From: the human T2T-CHM13v2.0 reference genome, Homo sapiens
NCBI RefSeq assembly: GCF_009914755.1
Contig: NC_060933.1
Reading direction: 5' to 3' (one strand)
Length of the DNA: 64,000 bases
Made by a program: the position numbers and the translations under genes. Below, in pieces: positions 17,378 through 29,251 of the stretch (position 1 is the first letter of the stretch; the number at the start of each line of letters is the position of its first letter). The notes below the pieces were generated by a model that saw only the letters and a list, made by a program, of their open reading frames with translations, was not told the DNA's origin and did not search any database.

Positions 17378-17830
17378 TCAGGTTGATGCAAAAGTAATTG
17401 CGGTTTCTGCCATTACTTTTTTTTTTCCTTTTCTTCTTTTCTTTCTTTTAATTCTTATTTTTTTTTTAAGTTCTGGGGTACTTGTGCAGCATGTGCAGAT
17501 TTTTTACATAGGTAAATGTGTGTCATGCTTGTTTGCTGCACCTATCAACCCATCACCTAGGTATTAAGCCCCGCATGCATTAACTCTTTTCCCTAATGCT
17601 CTGCCCGCCCCCCTGCCCTCCCCTGACAGACCCCAGTGAGTGTTGCTCCCCTCCCTGTGTCCATGGGTTCTCATTGTTCAGTTCCCACTTATAAATGAGA
17701 ACATGTGGTGTTTGGTTTTCTGTTTCTGCATTACTTTGCTGAAGATAATGGCTTCCAGCTTCATCTAGGTCCCTGAATAGGACATTACATTTGAATGGCA
17801 AAAACTGCAGTTACTTTTGCACCAGCTTAA
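17378..17830. mobile_element. MADE1 (Hsmar1-derived MITE) split by an L1 insertion
   Basis: Left arm tcaggttgatgcaaaagtaattgcggtttctgccatt (17378-17414), right arm aatggcaaaaactgcagttacttttgcaccagcttaa (17794-17830), flanking TA dinucleotides. Confidence 0.92.
17420..17785 (-). mobile_element. L1PA8-10-like 3' end
   Basis: T-rich tail then antisense 3'UTR 'cctatcaacccatcacctaggtattaagcccc'; TSD cattactttt / cattacattt. Confidence 0.88.
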
Positions 17831-17949
17831 TACTTTGCTCATAGGCAGTCGCCTATGGCTCTTTCATACAAGCCAAGAATAAAATATCACAAAGAACTCT
17901 GGGTGACAGAAATCCTGGGACCTAAAGTGTATCAAAATACTTCAAAATA

Positions 17950-18230
17950 AATATACCTTTTATCCTGACAATTTTTCTTCTAGGACTGTATCCTAAGGAA
18001 ATAATGAGACAGATGTTCAAGCATGCCCAATTGTAATATTTCTCAATATCTCAAATCTGCAACTTTCTTCAATATCCTCAAATAAACTGTTTATGCGAAA
18101 TGAGGTACATCCAGCCCATTAAGGATCATGTTGTAGAAAAAGATTTAGAGGCATAGAGGTATTTATGATACATTTCTCAGTAAAACAACCAGGCTACCAA
18201 GTAATTAATAATATTTTTTGTTAAAAACAC
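17950..18230 (+). mobile_element. Ancient L1M 3' fragment
   Basis: 'ataccttttatcctgacaatttttcttctaggactgtatcctaaggaaataat'. Confidence 0.5.
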
Positions 18231-18264
18231 ATATGTATTTTTAAAGAGTGTATTTGATGTAGAA

Positions 18265-18512
18265 ATAATAGTAATAGTTAATGTACATTGAGTGAATACT
18301 GTGTGTCAGGCACTACCCAAGTTGCTTTAAGTGTATTAAATAATTTAATTCTTTACAAAACTTGTGAGGTACTATTATTGCCCCTATTTTACAGATGAGG
18401 AAACAGGCACAGAAACCTTAGATAACTTGCTCAGGGTCACTAGGCAAAACAGTGATTCAATTGGGAAAAACTTGGCTCCAAAGTCTGAGCTGTTAACCAC
18501 AACTACCACTGC
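18265..18512 (-). mobile_element. MIR SINE
   Basis: 'cattgagtgaatactgtgtgtcaggcac...ccctattttacagatgaggaaacaggcacaga'. Confidence 0.85.
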
Positions 18513-19077
18513 TTAGACAGACTAAAAAGACAACCTCTGAAGCTGAATGTGATTTCCTATATGTATTGTTTACTATAAATTATATATACATATGTACACA
18601 TATATTATCCACATATATGATACATATATGTAAATATTGATTATAGAAATGTGATTATATATGTGTTGTTAAGATTACAGGTAATATTTTTTCCTTTGAG
18701 CATTTATAAACAGGATAACCACACTTACAAAATAACATTACACAAAATACAGAATCTTGGAACCACAAGTAGTGGCTCTCAAATTTGGCTAACTAATTTG
18801 TCTGTGCAAACAACATTAATTTAACTAGAAAAATAAATACAACATAGTTTTGCTGTGTGGATCCATCACTATTTGATATTCATGACTTAGCTTTGAGCCC
18901 ATCAGCCCTCTGCTCCACAGAGAGAGCAGGAGAGCAGAACCAAAGCTTCTCATTTTCACTGTAGGTTTGGCCCTTAATTGGTCTCAGACCAGTGTTGACC
19001 TAGGCTGTTTGTATTGAGCAGTTGTCCTCCTTTCTTGTGTTGAAGGTCTCAGAATTGCAGAATGTTGAGGCCTGGAG

Positions 19078-19279
19078 CAGTATTTCTCAATTGAGGGTGA
19101 CTTTGTTCCCCAGTGAACACTTGGTAATGTCTGGAGACATTTTTAGTTGTAACAAATGGGGCAGAGGTGCTCCTACTGGCATCGCGTGAGAGGCCAAGAA
19201 TGCTGATCAACATCCTACAAGGCTCAGAACAAGGGGTTATCTGGCCCCAGTGTCTTAGTGTTGAGATTGAGAAGCCCTG
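19078..19279 (+). mobile_element. MER20 (hAT-Charlie) DNA transposon
   Basis: TIRs cagtatttctcaa / ttgagaagccctg; internal 'ggtaatgtctggagacattttt'; degenerate 8-bp TSD gcctggag / ccctatag. Confidence 0.88.
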
Positions 19280-19439
19280 CCCTATAGGGATGTCAGAGGT
19301 CATCTACTCCCATCACCTGTTTGGGAGGCGCTAAGATGACTCCCAGATGCTTTGACTTCCCCAAACTCACGGCTCTCTTCTTTCTGGCAGAATTCAGGAA
19401 GATGTATCTCTACACACACACATTCTGAGTTTTATGAGA

Positions 19440-19695
19440 TGTGTGTAATGAAAAGGCCATGGGCACTGGGGTCAGACAGATCAGATAGCCCTATGCTAGG
19501 AACCTGGCCTGACCAATTACTACTCTGTGTGATGGTGGCAAATTATTTAACCTTTCCAAACTTCAATTCTCTCATCTGGAAGCTGGGGACAAGAATACTA
19601 ACTTCCCAGGAGTTTGGTGAAGATTTTATGAAATGCTGTTTGTGAATATCTTGCAGAGTACCATTATGTAATGGGTGCTCCAAAATGTTTATTTC
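19440..19695 (+). mobile_element. MIR SINE
   Basis: 'aaaggccatgggcactggggtcagacaga...ctcatctggaagctgggga'. Confidence 0.75.
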
Positions 19696-20133
19696 CTTTC
19701 CACTTTATCCTGAGGAAGAACATTTGTGATCAGGTTAAATAGTCACAATATAAAGAAAACATGAAGTGAGCCACTGGGCACAAATTAGGCTCTTACAAGT
19801 TGATATTGTGCAACATCAACTTTTACAGGTCTGGCTAATGCGGAATCAGTGCCTGGAAAATGACCAGCTTGCTGTGCAACTCATTGTTGGAGCGGGCATG
19901 GAAGTTGGCCTCACCTGCTTTTTCTAAGAGCAAATTCAGCACTGACTGTAGCAACTTGTTTTGGAATTACATTTGCCTCCGGCTTCTGCTCCTTCCACAT
20001 CTCTATTAGCTAACTGGCTTAGACAAAACAGAACTGTGTGATTATTATAGTTACAATATTCATTAATACTTATGTGATGTTTTCTATGTGGCAGTTATTG
20101 TTCTAAATACTTTAAATATGCGAACATCTCATC

Positions 20134-20441
20134 TTTTAAAAAATACCATCTTTATTGAGGTATAATTGGTATACAGAAAACTGTACACATTTAAAGTGTA
20201 CAATTTGATGAGGACATTATGCTAAGTGAAATAAACCGGTCACAAAGGACAAATACTAGGTGATTCCACTTATATGAGGTATCTAAAGTTGTCAACTCAT
20301 AAAAGCAGAGAGTAGAATAGTGGTATCCAGGGGCTGAGCGAAGAGGGAAATGGGGAATTGATGTTCATTGGATGTAAAGTTTCACTTATACAAGATGAAT
20401 AAGTTCTAGAGGTCTGCTGTACAACATTGTGCTCATAATTG
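20134..20441 (-). mobile_element. L1MA/MB 3' end with 5' inversion
   Basis: Antisense terminal piece 20134-20211 joined to sense 3'UTR piece 20210-20441; TSD tctcatcttt / tcttatcttt. Confidence 0.8.
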
Positions 20442-20473
20442 TCTTATCTTTACATTAACCCTATGAAAGAGGC

Positions 20474-20912
20474 AGTAGTAGGCTGAATAATGGCCGCCAA
20501 TGGTGTGCACATCTTAATCCCTGTAACTTGTTAAGAATATGTGATTTTATATGGCAAAAGGGACTTTGCAGAGATGATCAGATGGAGGACCTTGAGATGG
20601 AGAGATCATCCTAGATTACCTGGGTGAGCTCAATGTAAGCACATGGGTCCTTCCAAGCATAGGGCCTTTCCCTGCTGTGGTCACAGATATGCGAAGATAG
20701 AAGAGAGTCAGAAACATGCTCTACTGGCTTCAAAGATGAAGGGAGGCGGGCCATGAGCCAAGGAGTGCAAGTAGCCTCTAGAAGCTGAAAAAGGCAAGGG
20801 AACAGATTCACCCTTGGAGTCTTTAGAAGGATCTAACTCCAACTACATCTTGATTTTAGCCCAGTGAGACCAATTTTGGACTTTTGACCTCCAAAACTGT
20901 AATATAATAAAT
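20474..20912 (+). mobile_element. MLT1D-like MaLR LTR (3' end lost)
   Basis: Homologous to 12482-12988 ('gtaggctgaataatggcc...gacctccaaaactgtaa'). Confidence 0.85.
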
Positions 20913-21179
20913 TTTAATAATAGAAAATCGAGGCTTGGTGAGATGAAGAAGCTTGGCAAGGTTTGCATGGTTAGAGCAGGTCTGAACTCACAGTGTGGAA
21001 GTGAGAATGGAGAGAAAGGGGTGGAAATGAAGAATCTCTTAGAAATAAAAGCAAATAAAAGGGCATTTGTGAATGATTGGAGACAGCATTGAAGGAAATA
21101 TTTTTCATTTCATGTCATTAATTTATCTGAAAGACTATTCTAAATATAGCCTATTTAGTGTCCACACGGTTTTGATTTT

Positions 21180-21316
21180 TGTTCAGTCATTCAATGAGCA
21201 TTTATTGAGTAGCTGCATTAAAAAATTCACTGTTGTAAGCATGGCAGGACTGTGTATATTACACGTACATTATATATTACTTGGTCTTGACTTTTAAGGA
21301 GCTTATAGTTTAGTGG
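21180..21316 (-). mobile_element. L2 3' fragment
   Basis: 'ttcagtcattcaatgagcatttattgagtagc...aaggagcttatagtttagtgg'. Confidence 0.65.
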
Positions 21317-21469
21317 AATTTATTCAAGGATCCTGGAAATATTGTTTCAAGCTTGGACAATTGAATGTCCTTTCCTAGAACTTTGGAACTTGAGCAAGTG
21401 GGACAGGACCAATGAGTGGCAGTCCTTTGAAGTTCTTCATAACCTAGAGCCTCTTCTATCTACAGGATG

Positions 21470-21627
21470 GACTAAAGTTCCTGCCTCTTTGCTTCCTGGA
21501 GCTTGGTTGGTTTCCATCTATTTCCAAACCTGGTTTTCCAGGCTTTTATTGATTCTGTGTGCCATTGAAATCCTTTGAAATCATTCCCCTTTCTTATATT
21601 AGTCAGAGTTGATTTCTTTGGCTTGCC
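21470..21627 (+). mobile_element. Old ERVL/MaLR LTR 3' fragment
   Basis: 'ccaggcttttattgattctgtg...ttagtcagagttgatttctttggcttgc'. Confidence 0.5.
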
Positions 21628-21677
21628 TTCCTTATGTGCTCATATTTCAGCTTTCTTATCTTTGGTTTTTCCACATC

Positions 21678-22962
21678 CCAGGAGGGTGAGGCTCCTGCCT
21701 GTTCCATGGAGCAGGAGGCTGGGTCTACAGTGCAGTTTGGTTAGCTGCAGTGGTACCTGGGGAGCTCCCACCCCAGCTCAGAAGAGGCAGGGGTCCCACT
21801 TGTACCCGGCTCCTGCCTGCTAGGAGGAGCAGGAGACCTGGGTCTGCAGCCGGGGATTGGGTGGCTGCAGCTGCACCCAGGAAAGCAGGGATCCTGCCTG
21901 CTCCTGGCACCCCTAAGAGCACAGGGAGGCTCAGATATGCTGCCACAACTTGGGCAGCTGCAGCTCTACCAAGGAGGGTGGGGCTACTGTCTGCTCCATG
22001 AAGCGGGAAGGCCCCCCACCATCCCCATGGGGGTGCCACTCCTACTGCCTGGCCTCTCTCTGCTCCCAGCACCTGCCCCAGTCTTGGAGCAGGGCTGGGG
22101 CCAAGCCCAGGTGCTGTCACAGCTTGGCTGGATGTACACATGGCTCAGGGCAGTGCTGACATGCCTGCCCCCTGCTGCCTTGGCTCCCTCTGGAATTTGG
22201 GCAGCAACCAGCATGAGAGGGGAAACTGAAGGGGAGCTGAAGGTGACTGGGCACTGGCCTGCAGGTGCCCCTTGATGAAAGAAGCCTAGGCACCATGGAT
22301 GGCTGCTAAAGGCTGACAGGTTCCTGGGTGGAAGAGGGAGGGTCCTCAGTAAGGCCCCACCTTCTGGCCAGGGAAGGCCTGAAGGTTGGGGGCTGGGCTG
22401 CCAGACCTGCCCACTGGAGTGGGGAATTGTGATGCCTTTTCCAGGCCTCCCATGGCTGCCCATGGACCAATTGACATGCACTACCTCCCCTCTGATGTCC
22501 ATAAAAGCCCTGGGCTCAGTCAGAGCAGGGTAGAGGACAGAGAGAGGATGGGAAGACCAGCTGTAGAGAGGAGCTACCCTCTCTGCTGAGAGCTTCAGAG
22601 AACTTCAGGGATGTCAGGACTACCAGCTGCAGAGAGGAGCTACCCACTCCAGGGCCTCCCCTCTGCTAAGAGCTAGGCAGACATCAGGCTGATCAGCTAC
22701 AGAGAGGAGTCTACCCTCTCCAGGGCCTCCTCTCTGCTGAGAGCTGAACACTTGATGGGACGACCTGCCTACAGAGAGAAGACCCACTGCTGGTATCCTC
22801 TGAGTTGTTCTAACACTCAATAAAGCTCCTTTTCATCGTATTCACCCTCCACTTGTCTGTGTGCCTCATTCTTCCTGGATGCAGTACAAGAACTTATTCA
22901 AAGGTACCACTGGCCAGAGAGGTTTTGAGCCAGAAAATTGACACCCCAAAGATCCCGAAACA
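21678..22962 (+). mobile_element. MER52-like ERV1 LTR, 5' truncated
   Basis: GC-rich U3 with internal repeats, TATA-like cataaaa at 22500, tandem 'gaggagctaccc' units, aataaa near 22818, 3' end 'gacaccccaaagatcccgaaaca'. Confidence 0.8.
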
Positions 22963-23439
22963 GTCATATAATAATGGATCAAAAAGACCCATTCACGTTG
23001 TTACTAGCTGAAACCCTTCTCTTTTTTGAATCAACAATGTACTAAAGTTCTCAGGGTTTTCCCCTTCTGGGGCCCCCTCCTTCCCCTGAAGATGTTATGG
23101 CTCACACCCAATTCCCACTTTCCTTAGCATTTCTGTAATTTTTATAAAGAATGGGAAATACTGTTCTTTGCCTGTTTGTTAAACAAAGATTATGTTTCCC
23201 TGTTTTTTTCTGATCATTCATCTGTAATTTCAGAGGCTGAGAACAGGCTGACTTTAAGAGATTGTATGGACTTGCTCTTTTACATCAGAAGTGAGAAAGA
23301 AGAAGCTGGTTATGCAGTACTATTTTATTACTCCTCCTTAGGTGCTTGCATTTCTACTGCCTATGCTATTTCTACTTGGCTATATCAGAGAGTCCTCAGA
23401 CTCTAAAACTATGATCTTCTTCTCTAACTCCCTTCCCCC

Positions 23440-24785
23440 AAACTAATCTGAAGCCAGCTCCTTCTTCAATCATCCTCTGAACCTGGCAATCATCCTTGTC
23501 ATCTCTTTCTCTTTCAAACCCATCATCACCAGTTCTGCTCTTAAATAAATCTGAAATGTATCACATTTATCCATGTTTATTGCTACAACCCTAGCCCATG
23601 CTAATGGTATGTTTATCCTGGAATATAGACTCCTGAGAGATGTCTTTTTAGGAATCTTTTAGTAGCAAATACAGAAAACAGCTTAAACAATAAAAAACTT
23701 TTATCAGTTTATATAATTGAAAAGCCCAGAGTTGGGGCAGGATTCAGGCAAGACTTGATTGAGCATATCAACATGTCAACAAAATTCTGGTTTATTCTAT
23801 TTCTCCTCTCAACCTTCTACTGTTTTATCTTGCTGCTGAAGCCGGCTCACAATGTCAAACAAGGGGGTTGTCAGGAGGTCTTAGAGCTTCATGCTTCTTT
23901 GTTCATGATCTTAGGGAAGACAGAACATCTCTCTCAGCAGTTTTTATAGAATGGTGACAAAGCTTCTTTTCCAGTGGTCTTTGTTAGAAAACACCCTCTC
24001 ATATCCCATTTGCCCAATTTGGGTGATGTGTTTTTTGCTGTAGTCAGAGGGATGGATTTTGCTGACTGAAGTAACTAATTAAGGCTCATTCTTTGAGTTA
24101 AGGTAGGATAAATCTTATTTCAACCACATGGCCAGGAATGTCACAGGGGAAATTACCTGAAGGATTTTGAGGAAGTGTTAACTTAGAAGGAAGGTAAAAG
24201 GCAGCATGCATGAGATATCCACCACACTATATTTACTTTTGCCTTCATTCATTTTTTCTCCACAGTCTAGGTAGCGTAGTCTTTTAAAAAAGAAAATTGT
24301 GTTGTGCCACGTCTTTATTTAAAACTGCTCTTTGGCTTCACTTTCCTCTTTGGATAAAGATAAAATTTAAAAAGTCCTTATCATGCCTTACAAGTCCCAC
24401 TGTGATCAGGCCTTGCCTATCCCTCCAGCCTCATCTGTTGCCACCATCTGCCCTTGGTAACCATCCACTCACAGCAGCTGGCTCTTGTTCATTGTCTTGG
24501 ATTTTCACAGCTTTTACCTGTCTCAGCACCTTCAAATATACTGTGTCAGCTACCTGGAATGGTCTTACCTATACTCTTTACCCGGACAACTTCTATTTAC
24601 CCAAGCTTCTCTGTTTTAGTCCTTTTTACTATTTAAAATAAGTTCTAATGAGGTTGTCTACTTAATGTTTGTCTTTCCAACTAGACTGTAAGCACCATGA
24701 ATGAAAAGGCAGGGCTTACACTTTTTAAAAACCACAGTGTCCTTGGCATCTAGCATAGTCCTCGGGCCTTGTTTGATGAAGAGAC
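23440..24785 (+). mobile_element. L2 fragments flanking an old LTR
   Basis: 'ggcaatcatccttgtcatctct...' and 3' end 'ctagactgtaagcaccatgaatgaaaaggcaggg...tctagcatagt'. Confidence 0.65.
23641..24225 (-). mobile_element. Old MLT1-type (J/K/L-like) MaLR LTR
   Basis: Antisense end 'ttaggaatcttttagtagcaaatacagaaaacagcttaaacaataa'. Confidence 0.55.
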
Positions 24786-25799
24786 CCACCATTTTCACTC
24801 TAACATCAAATAAAACCTCTTACCTGGTTTCAACAGCGGTTCCTCCATCTGCCTCTATTTGTTCATTTGTCACATGGGACATCATTACCCACCTTGCTCT
24901 TCAAAGATCCACCACTTTAAAGAGCGAAGGTGTCCTCATATATATTCTGGGAAAAAGACATTTATCTGTTGAAGACGTTATGAAATTAAATTAGCTAAAG
25001 TGTGTATAAATGCCTAGAGCACTTGGTATAGTCTGACAAATATTTGCTAACTTAAAATTGGAATCGGTATTTGGAGAACTTTGCACCAGGTATCTGTTCT
25101 AGTATTCACTAGTTTCCTGGAAAATAGCTGAGAGACCCTTGGAAAGTTATTTTGCCATTTATCTTTATAAATATTTTTTGAATCTCAGGACGTGTGGCAT
25201 TTTCCCAGGCTATTCGGGGATAGGCAAGAAAGGGAATCTAGAATACCGAAGAGAGAACTCTGCAGAGCTGTGAGTCTTATTTGCACTTCATCCCAACTTG
25301 ACATTAATGTACATATTTTACACTGAGATTGTTTTCTATTATTAAACTCTGAATCTCATTATATACCAACCTGCAAGGTCTTTGTGAAGGATTTTAGTCC
25401 TTTGCTCTTGTTTTCATTTTTCAGGTTGTACTTACGCTTGGCTGGATTTCTTTTTCAGATTTCCTTTGTTAAAGGCACTGTCATAAAAAAATCTTTTTAC
25501 ATGAATTATTGTTTCAAGAAGGGTTTTCTTAATGTATTTCTAAATATTCACTAAGGTTAGTGAATAGGAAAGGAGCTACTAATGTAGGTGGGCATGTTAA
25601 CATTCATTGTCATTTTATTATTTTAAAACACTTTTTATTCTAAAAACAATGCATGTTCACTGTAGAGAATTTGGAAAATACAGACAAGGGGAAAAGGCAT
25701 TTGTAATCTTATCACTCAAAGATACGGTTGACATTTTGATATTTTTGTCTTACAGACACATTCACACACACACATACGCACCATTTCAAATAACCAGAA

Positions 25800-26089
25800 G
25801 AGGGTAAAAATATTCAACAAGTTTTTTAATGTGTTCCACCCAACAATAAGTTATAATCACAATGAATTCTCTTATTAGTTTCTATACTTTCATCATTAAT
25901 TTTCTTGTATTTAGACCTATCACACAATATTTTTTACAATATTTTTGCCAATATTTATAACACTGATTTTGTTTTCATGCCTAATTGCATTGGCTTTCCA
26001 GGATAATGACAATTAATTGTGATAATATTAGCTCATCATGCACCTGGCTTTAATGGAAATGTGTTTAACTCTGTGTATGCTGTAAATTC
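25800..26089 (-). mobile_element. Ancient L1M fragment
   Basis: 'tgcctaattgcattggctttccaggataatg...cctggctttaatggaaatgtgtttaac' parallels antisense ORF2. Confidence 0.55.
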
Positions 26090-26251
26090 TTATGCACACA
26101 CACATATGAATTCATAGCATAACAGAGTTAAGCACATTTCCATTAAAGTCAGGAACATGATAGGCTAATAACTCATATGCACACACACATATGGATTCAT
26201 AGCATAACAGAGTTAAACACATTTCCATTAAAGCCAGGAATGCTATGAATT
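26025..26251. repeat. Complex local inverted plus tandem duplication
   Basis: 26025-26089 is reverse-complemented at 26108-26171 and again at 26194-26238. Confidence 0.9.
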
Positions 26252-26713
26252 GATAATGCATGTGTGTACATCTGTATTTTTGTCTTACATGAGAGTACAA
26301 GATTGGTTGGAGAAGTGAAATAAGTTACCATCAGTAAAGATTAGGAGACTGAATACACTTAGAACAAACAAATTGTTCCAGCTTTTTGGAGTTAAGAAAA
26401 GTTTAAAGGTGAAGGAAACCTAAAGGCTGACTCATTGCTGTCCTTTCTGAGACAGTAACAACTGGTAGAAACTCACCTCAATGCCATTTTTGGGAGAGGC
26501 AATTATGAGTTGGGAAGTAGCAGGGGAATAAGTCACGCAGAATCCCTTTTGCTGTCTTGGAGCAAGAACACTTGAAGGCAGCTCCAGGATCTGCACAGTT
26601 GCTAAATCAAGCAAAAGGTTGGCAGCACAGCAGGGCCTTTGTATCCAACAGAAGGCCCAGGGAGGAGGCTTAGGAGGACCAAACCATGTTACAGGCCCAG
26701 AGGCTGGGCTAAG

Positions 26714-27230
26714 TACCATTTGACCTAGCAATCCCATTACTGGGTATATACCCAAAGGATTTTAAATCATGCTGCTATAAAGACACATGCACATGTATGT
26801 TTATTGCGGCACTATTCACAACAACAAAGACTTGGAACCAAGCCAAATGTCCAACAATGATAGACTGGATTAAGAAAATGTGGCACATATACACCATGGA
26901 ATACTATGCAGCCATAAAAAATGATGAGTTCATGTCCTTTGTAGGGACATGGATGAAGCTGGAAACCATCATTCTCAGCAAACTATCGCAAGGACAAAAA
27001 ACCAAACACCGAATGTTCTCATTCATAGGTGGGAATTGAACAATGAGAACACATGGACACAGGAAGGGGAACATCACACACAGGGGGAGGGATAGCATTA
27101 GGAGATATACCTAATGTTAAATGACGTGTTGATGGGTGCAGCACACCAACATGGCACATGTATACATATGTAACTAACCTGCACGTTGTGCACATGTATC
27201 CTAAAACTTAAAGTATTAAAAAAAAAAAAA
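26714..27230 (+). mobile_element. Young L1PA3-like 3' end
   Basis: ORF 26797-27039 equals the ORF2p C-terminus (…MFSFIGGN); 'aactaacctgcacg...cctaaaacttaaagta' plus poly-A; G-tract partly deleted; TSD at most 'aag'. Confidence 0.92.
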
Positions 27231-29142
27231 GCTCTCAAGAGAAAGCTGGCCTCTGTCACAACTGTGTAACGGAACATGAGAAGAAAATGACACATGAAGT
27301 TTCCTTGCTACAGCTGCCATCGGTTCTCTGAACTGTGATGTAAAGGCGCATAAAGAAGCATTCATGTTTACAACTGAAGAAATTCCAACAACAATCAGGT
27401 GGGCAGCAAGGGAAAACTTAGGCCTCTTCTAATTACAGAGTGAAAAGTAAAGAAAAATCAATATGGGATTCTTCAAAAATAGGATGGCAAAACAAAGACA
27501 TTAAAAATGCAGAAGAAGGACAAACATTTTGATACAAATTTGCTGTAGGATTTACAAAGTATTTTGATAACATCTGTTTCTGGGATTAACTAAATACTTC
27601 GTGTTTCAGTGACTCTGTGATAAAAGATAAAAGACAATGTAATGAAGCATTATATTAAGAATGAACAAAAGAGTATCTTGAAAGGCATGCAGAAATAAAG
27701 ACCTGGATTAGAGTTTAATTAAATTAAAAATATAATTTCAGATTTAAAATCAGAATTAGAAGGACATAAAGCAGAAAAGATTTTAGGAAATTACATAATA
27801 TATGCAGAAGACAGTTTTGAGATGCTTTCTTGGAATATAGAAAAAAGGCCATGAAATGTAAAGATGATAGGAAAATGTCAGATATGGCAGATATTAAAAA
27901 TATAAATACATGCCATATAAAGAAATCAGGAGAAAAGGAAAATAAGTTGCGTTAAATAATTTTTACTCAATGGAAAACCCCCTGAATCTGCAGGTCAAAA
28001 GGGCTCAGTGTACCTACAGTGAAAATCCTGGTAAGATGAATAAATTTCATGGACAAAGGAAGAATCAATAGTGAGGACCATGCCACCTGGAGCTTCTTTC
28101 TTCACCACAGATCAATAGCGTTTGGACATGGCTGTGATGAGGCTAAGAGAGTAACATGGCGATACCAAATAGGAAACCAGCAGGTGTCAGGCTTTTTCTT
28201 GACATGACTTCCCACTAATGAGATGGGGTCACCCCAAAAATGATGGGCAGTAATATCAGCAAGAAGGATTCCCTCAGTCATACTGAGTACAAGGAATGGA
28301 GAATCAAATACAGAAGGGTGGTTGTGGCTTCTCAACAAAGAAGTGGTTACAGAAAGACAATTGCTGAGATTTCCCCTAGTCCCAGATCCTCTGTCAGGCT
28401 GCAAGACTGTGAAAGCTTTTTTCATTTTAGAATTTAAGAGGACTTTAATGGTGTTCAGGGCATCAGGGAAAGGACCTAGGAAGAAATTAACCAGATCATT
28501 TTGAGAGTAAATGAAAGTCCAGGTTAAAGTTATTTTCATTCAAAGATGAAAAATAAAGCCAAATAAAATAGAATGGCATCTGACATAGAAACTATAAAGT
28601 GATTCTGAAAGATAAAATAAGAAAAGTAGAAAGAGGCAGAAGAAAAGCATGTTTTTTGGGAAAAATTTTCAGCAAGAAACAGAAGTGCTCCTACGCAGTG
28701 CTGTCAGTTAAAACACGAACTCTTGAAGAAATAGTTGATTGATGACATATTAGAACAAGGAACTGAATTAAAATAGAGCCAGCCCAGTCAAGCAAAGTAG
28801 AGAAAAAATGCCACAGCACGTCTTAAAATGTTGTTAGAGATGTGCAAATTAACCACAGTGAGATACCACTACATGCTCACTAGAATGGTTGTAATCCAAA
28901 AGATTAACAATATCAAGTGTCGGCAAGGATGTGGAGAAACTGAAACCTTCATACATGACTGGTGGGAATGAAAAATGGAGCAGCCACTCTGGGAAACAGT
29001 TTCAGTTTCATAAAACTTAAAAACTTATACTTTCCAGATGTCATAACAATTCTTCTCCTAGGTACCTACCCAAGAAAAGACTTGTTTGCAAATGTTCATA
29101 GTAGCATTATTTATAAGAGCCCCCAAACCTCTAAAATCCACT

Positions 29143-29220
29143 GTCTGTTAACTGGTGAATGAACAAACAAAATATACTATTTATACTATATTTTGTTTGT
29201 TCATTCACCAGTTAACAGAC
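29143..29220. repeat. Perfect inverted repeat, 34-bp arms, 10-nt loop
   Basis: gtctgttaactggtgaatgaacaaacaaaatata / tatattttgtttgttcattcaccagttaacagac. Confidence 0.97.
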
Positions 29221-29251
29221 TATATAACAATCCTTATATATAGTAGATACA

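Larger units (their letters stand above)
20050..20992 (-). mobile_element. MIR split into three pieces by L1 and MLT1D insertions
   Basis: Colinear antisense MIR pieces ~20050-20136, 20442-20473, ~20918-20992. Confidence 0.6.

Noticed and set aside
21725-22589. Long overlapping ORFs (up to 172 aa) in the GC-rich segment; possible CpG island
   Set aside because: Within a MER52-like LTR; high GC lowers stop frequency; CpGs are depleted; no protein motif recognised
22550-22800. Repeat-spacer-like array (gaggagctaccc units) resembling CRISPR
   Set aside because: Degenerate internal tandem repeats of the LTR; no unique spacers; eukaryotic DNA
26714-27230. 3' transduction by the young L1 lacking a long TSD
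   Set aside because: No second poly-A or downstream TSD found; a 3-bp TSD (aag) or small target deletion is simpler
28102-28539. 145-aa minus-strand ORF
   Set aside because: Within A-rich, probably ancient L1-derived sequence; no recognisable homology
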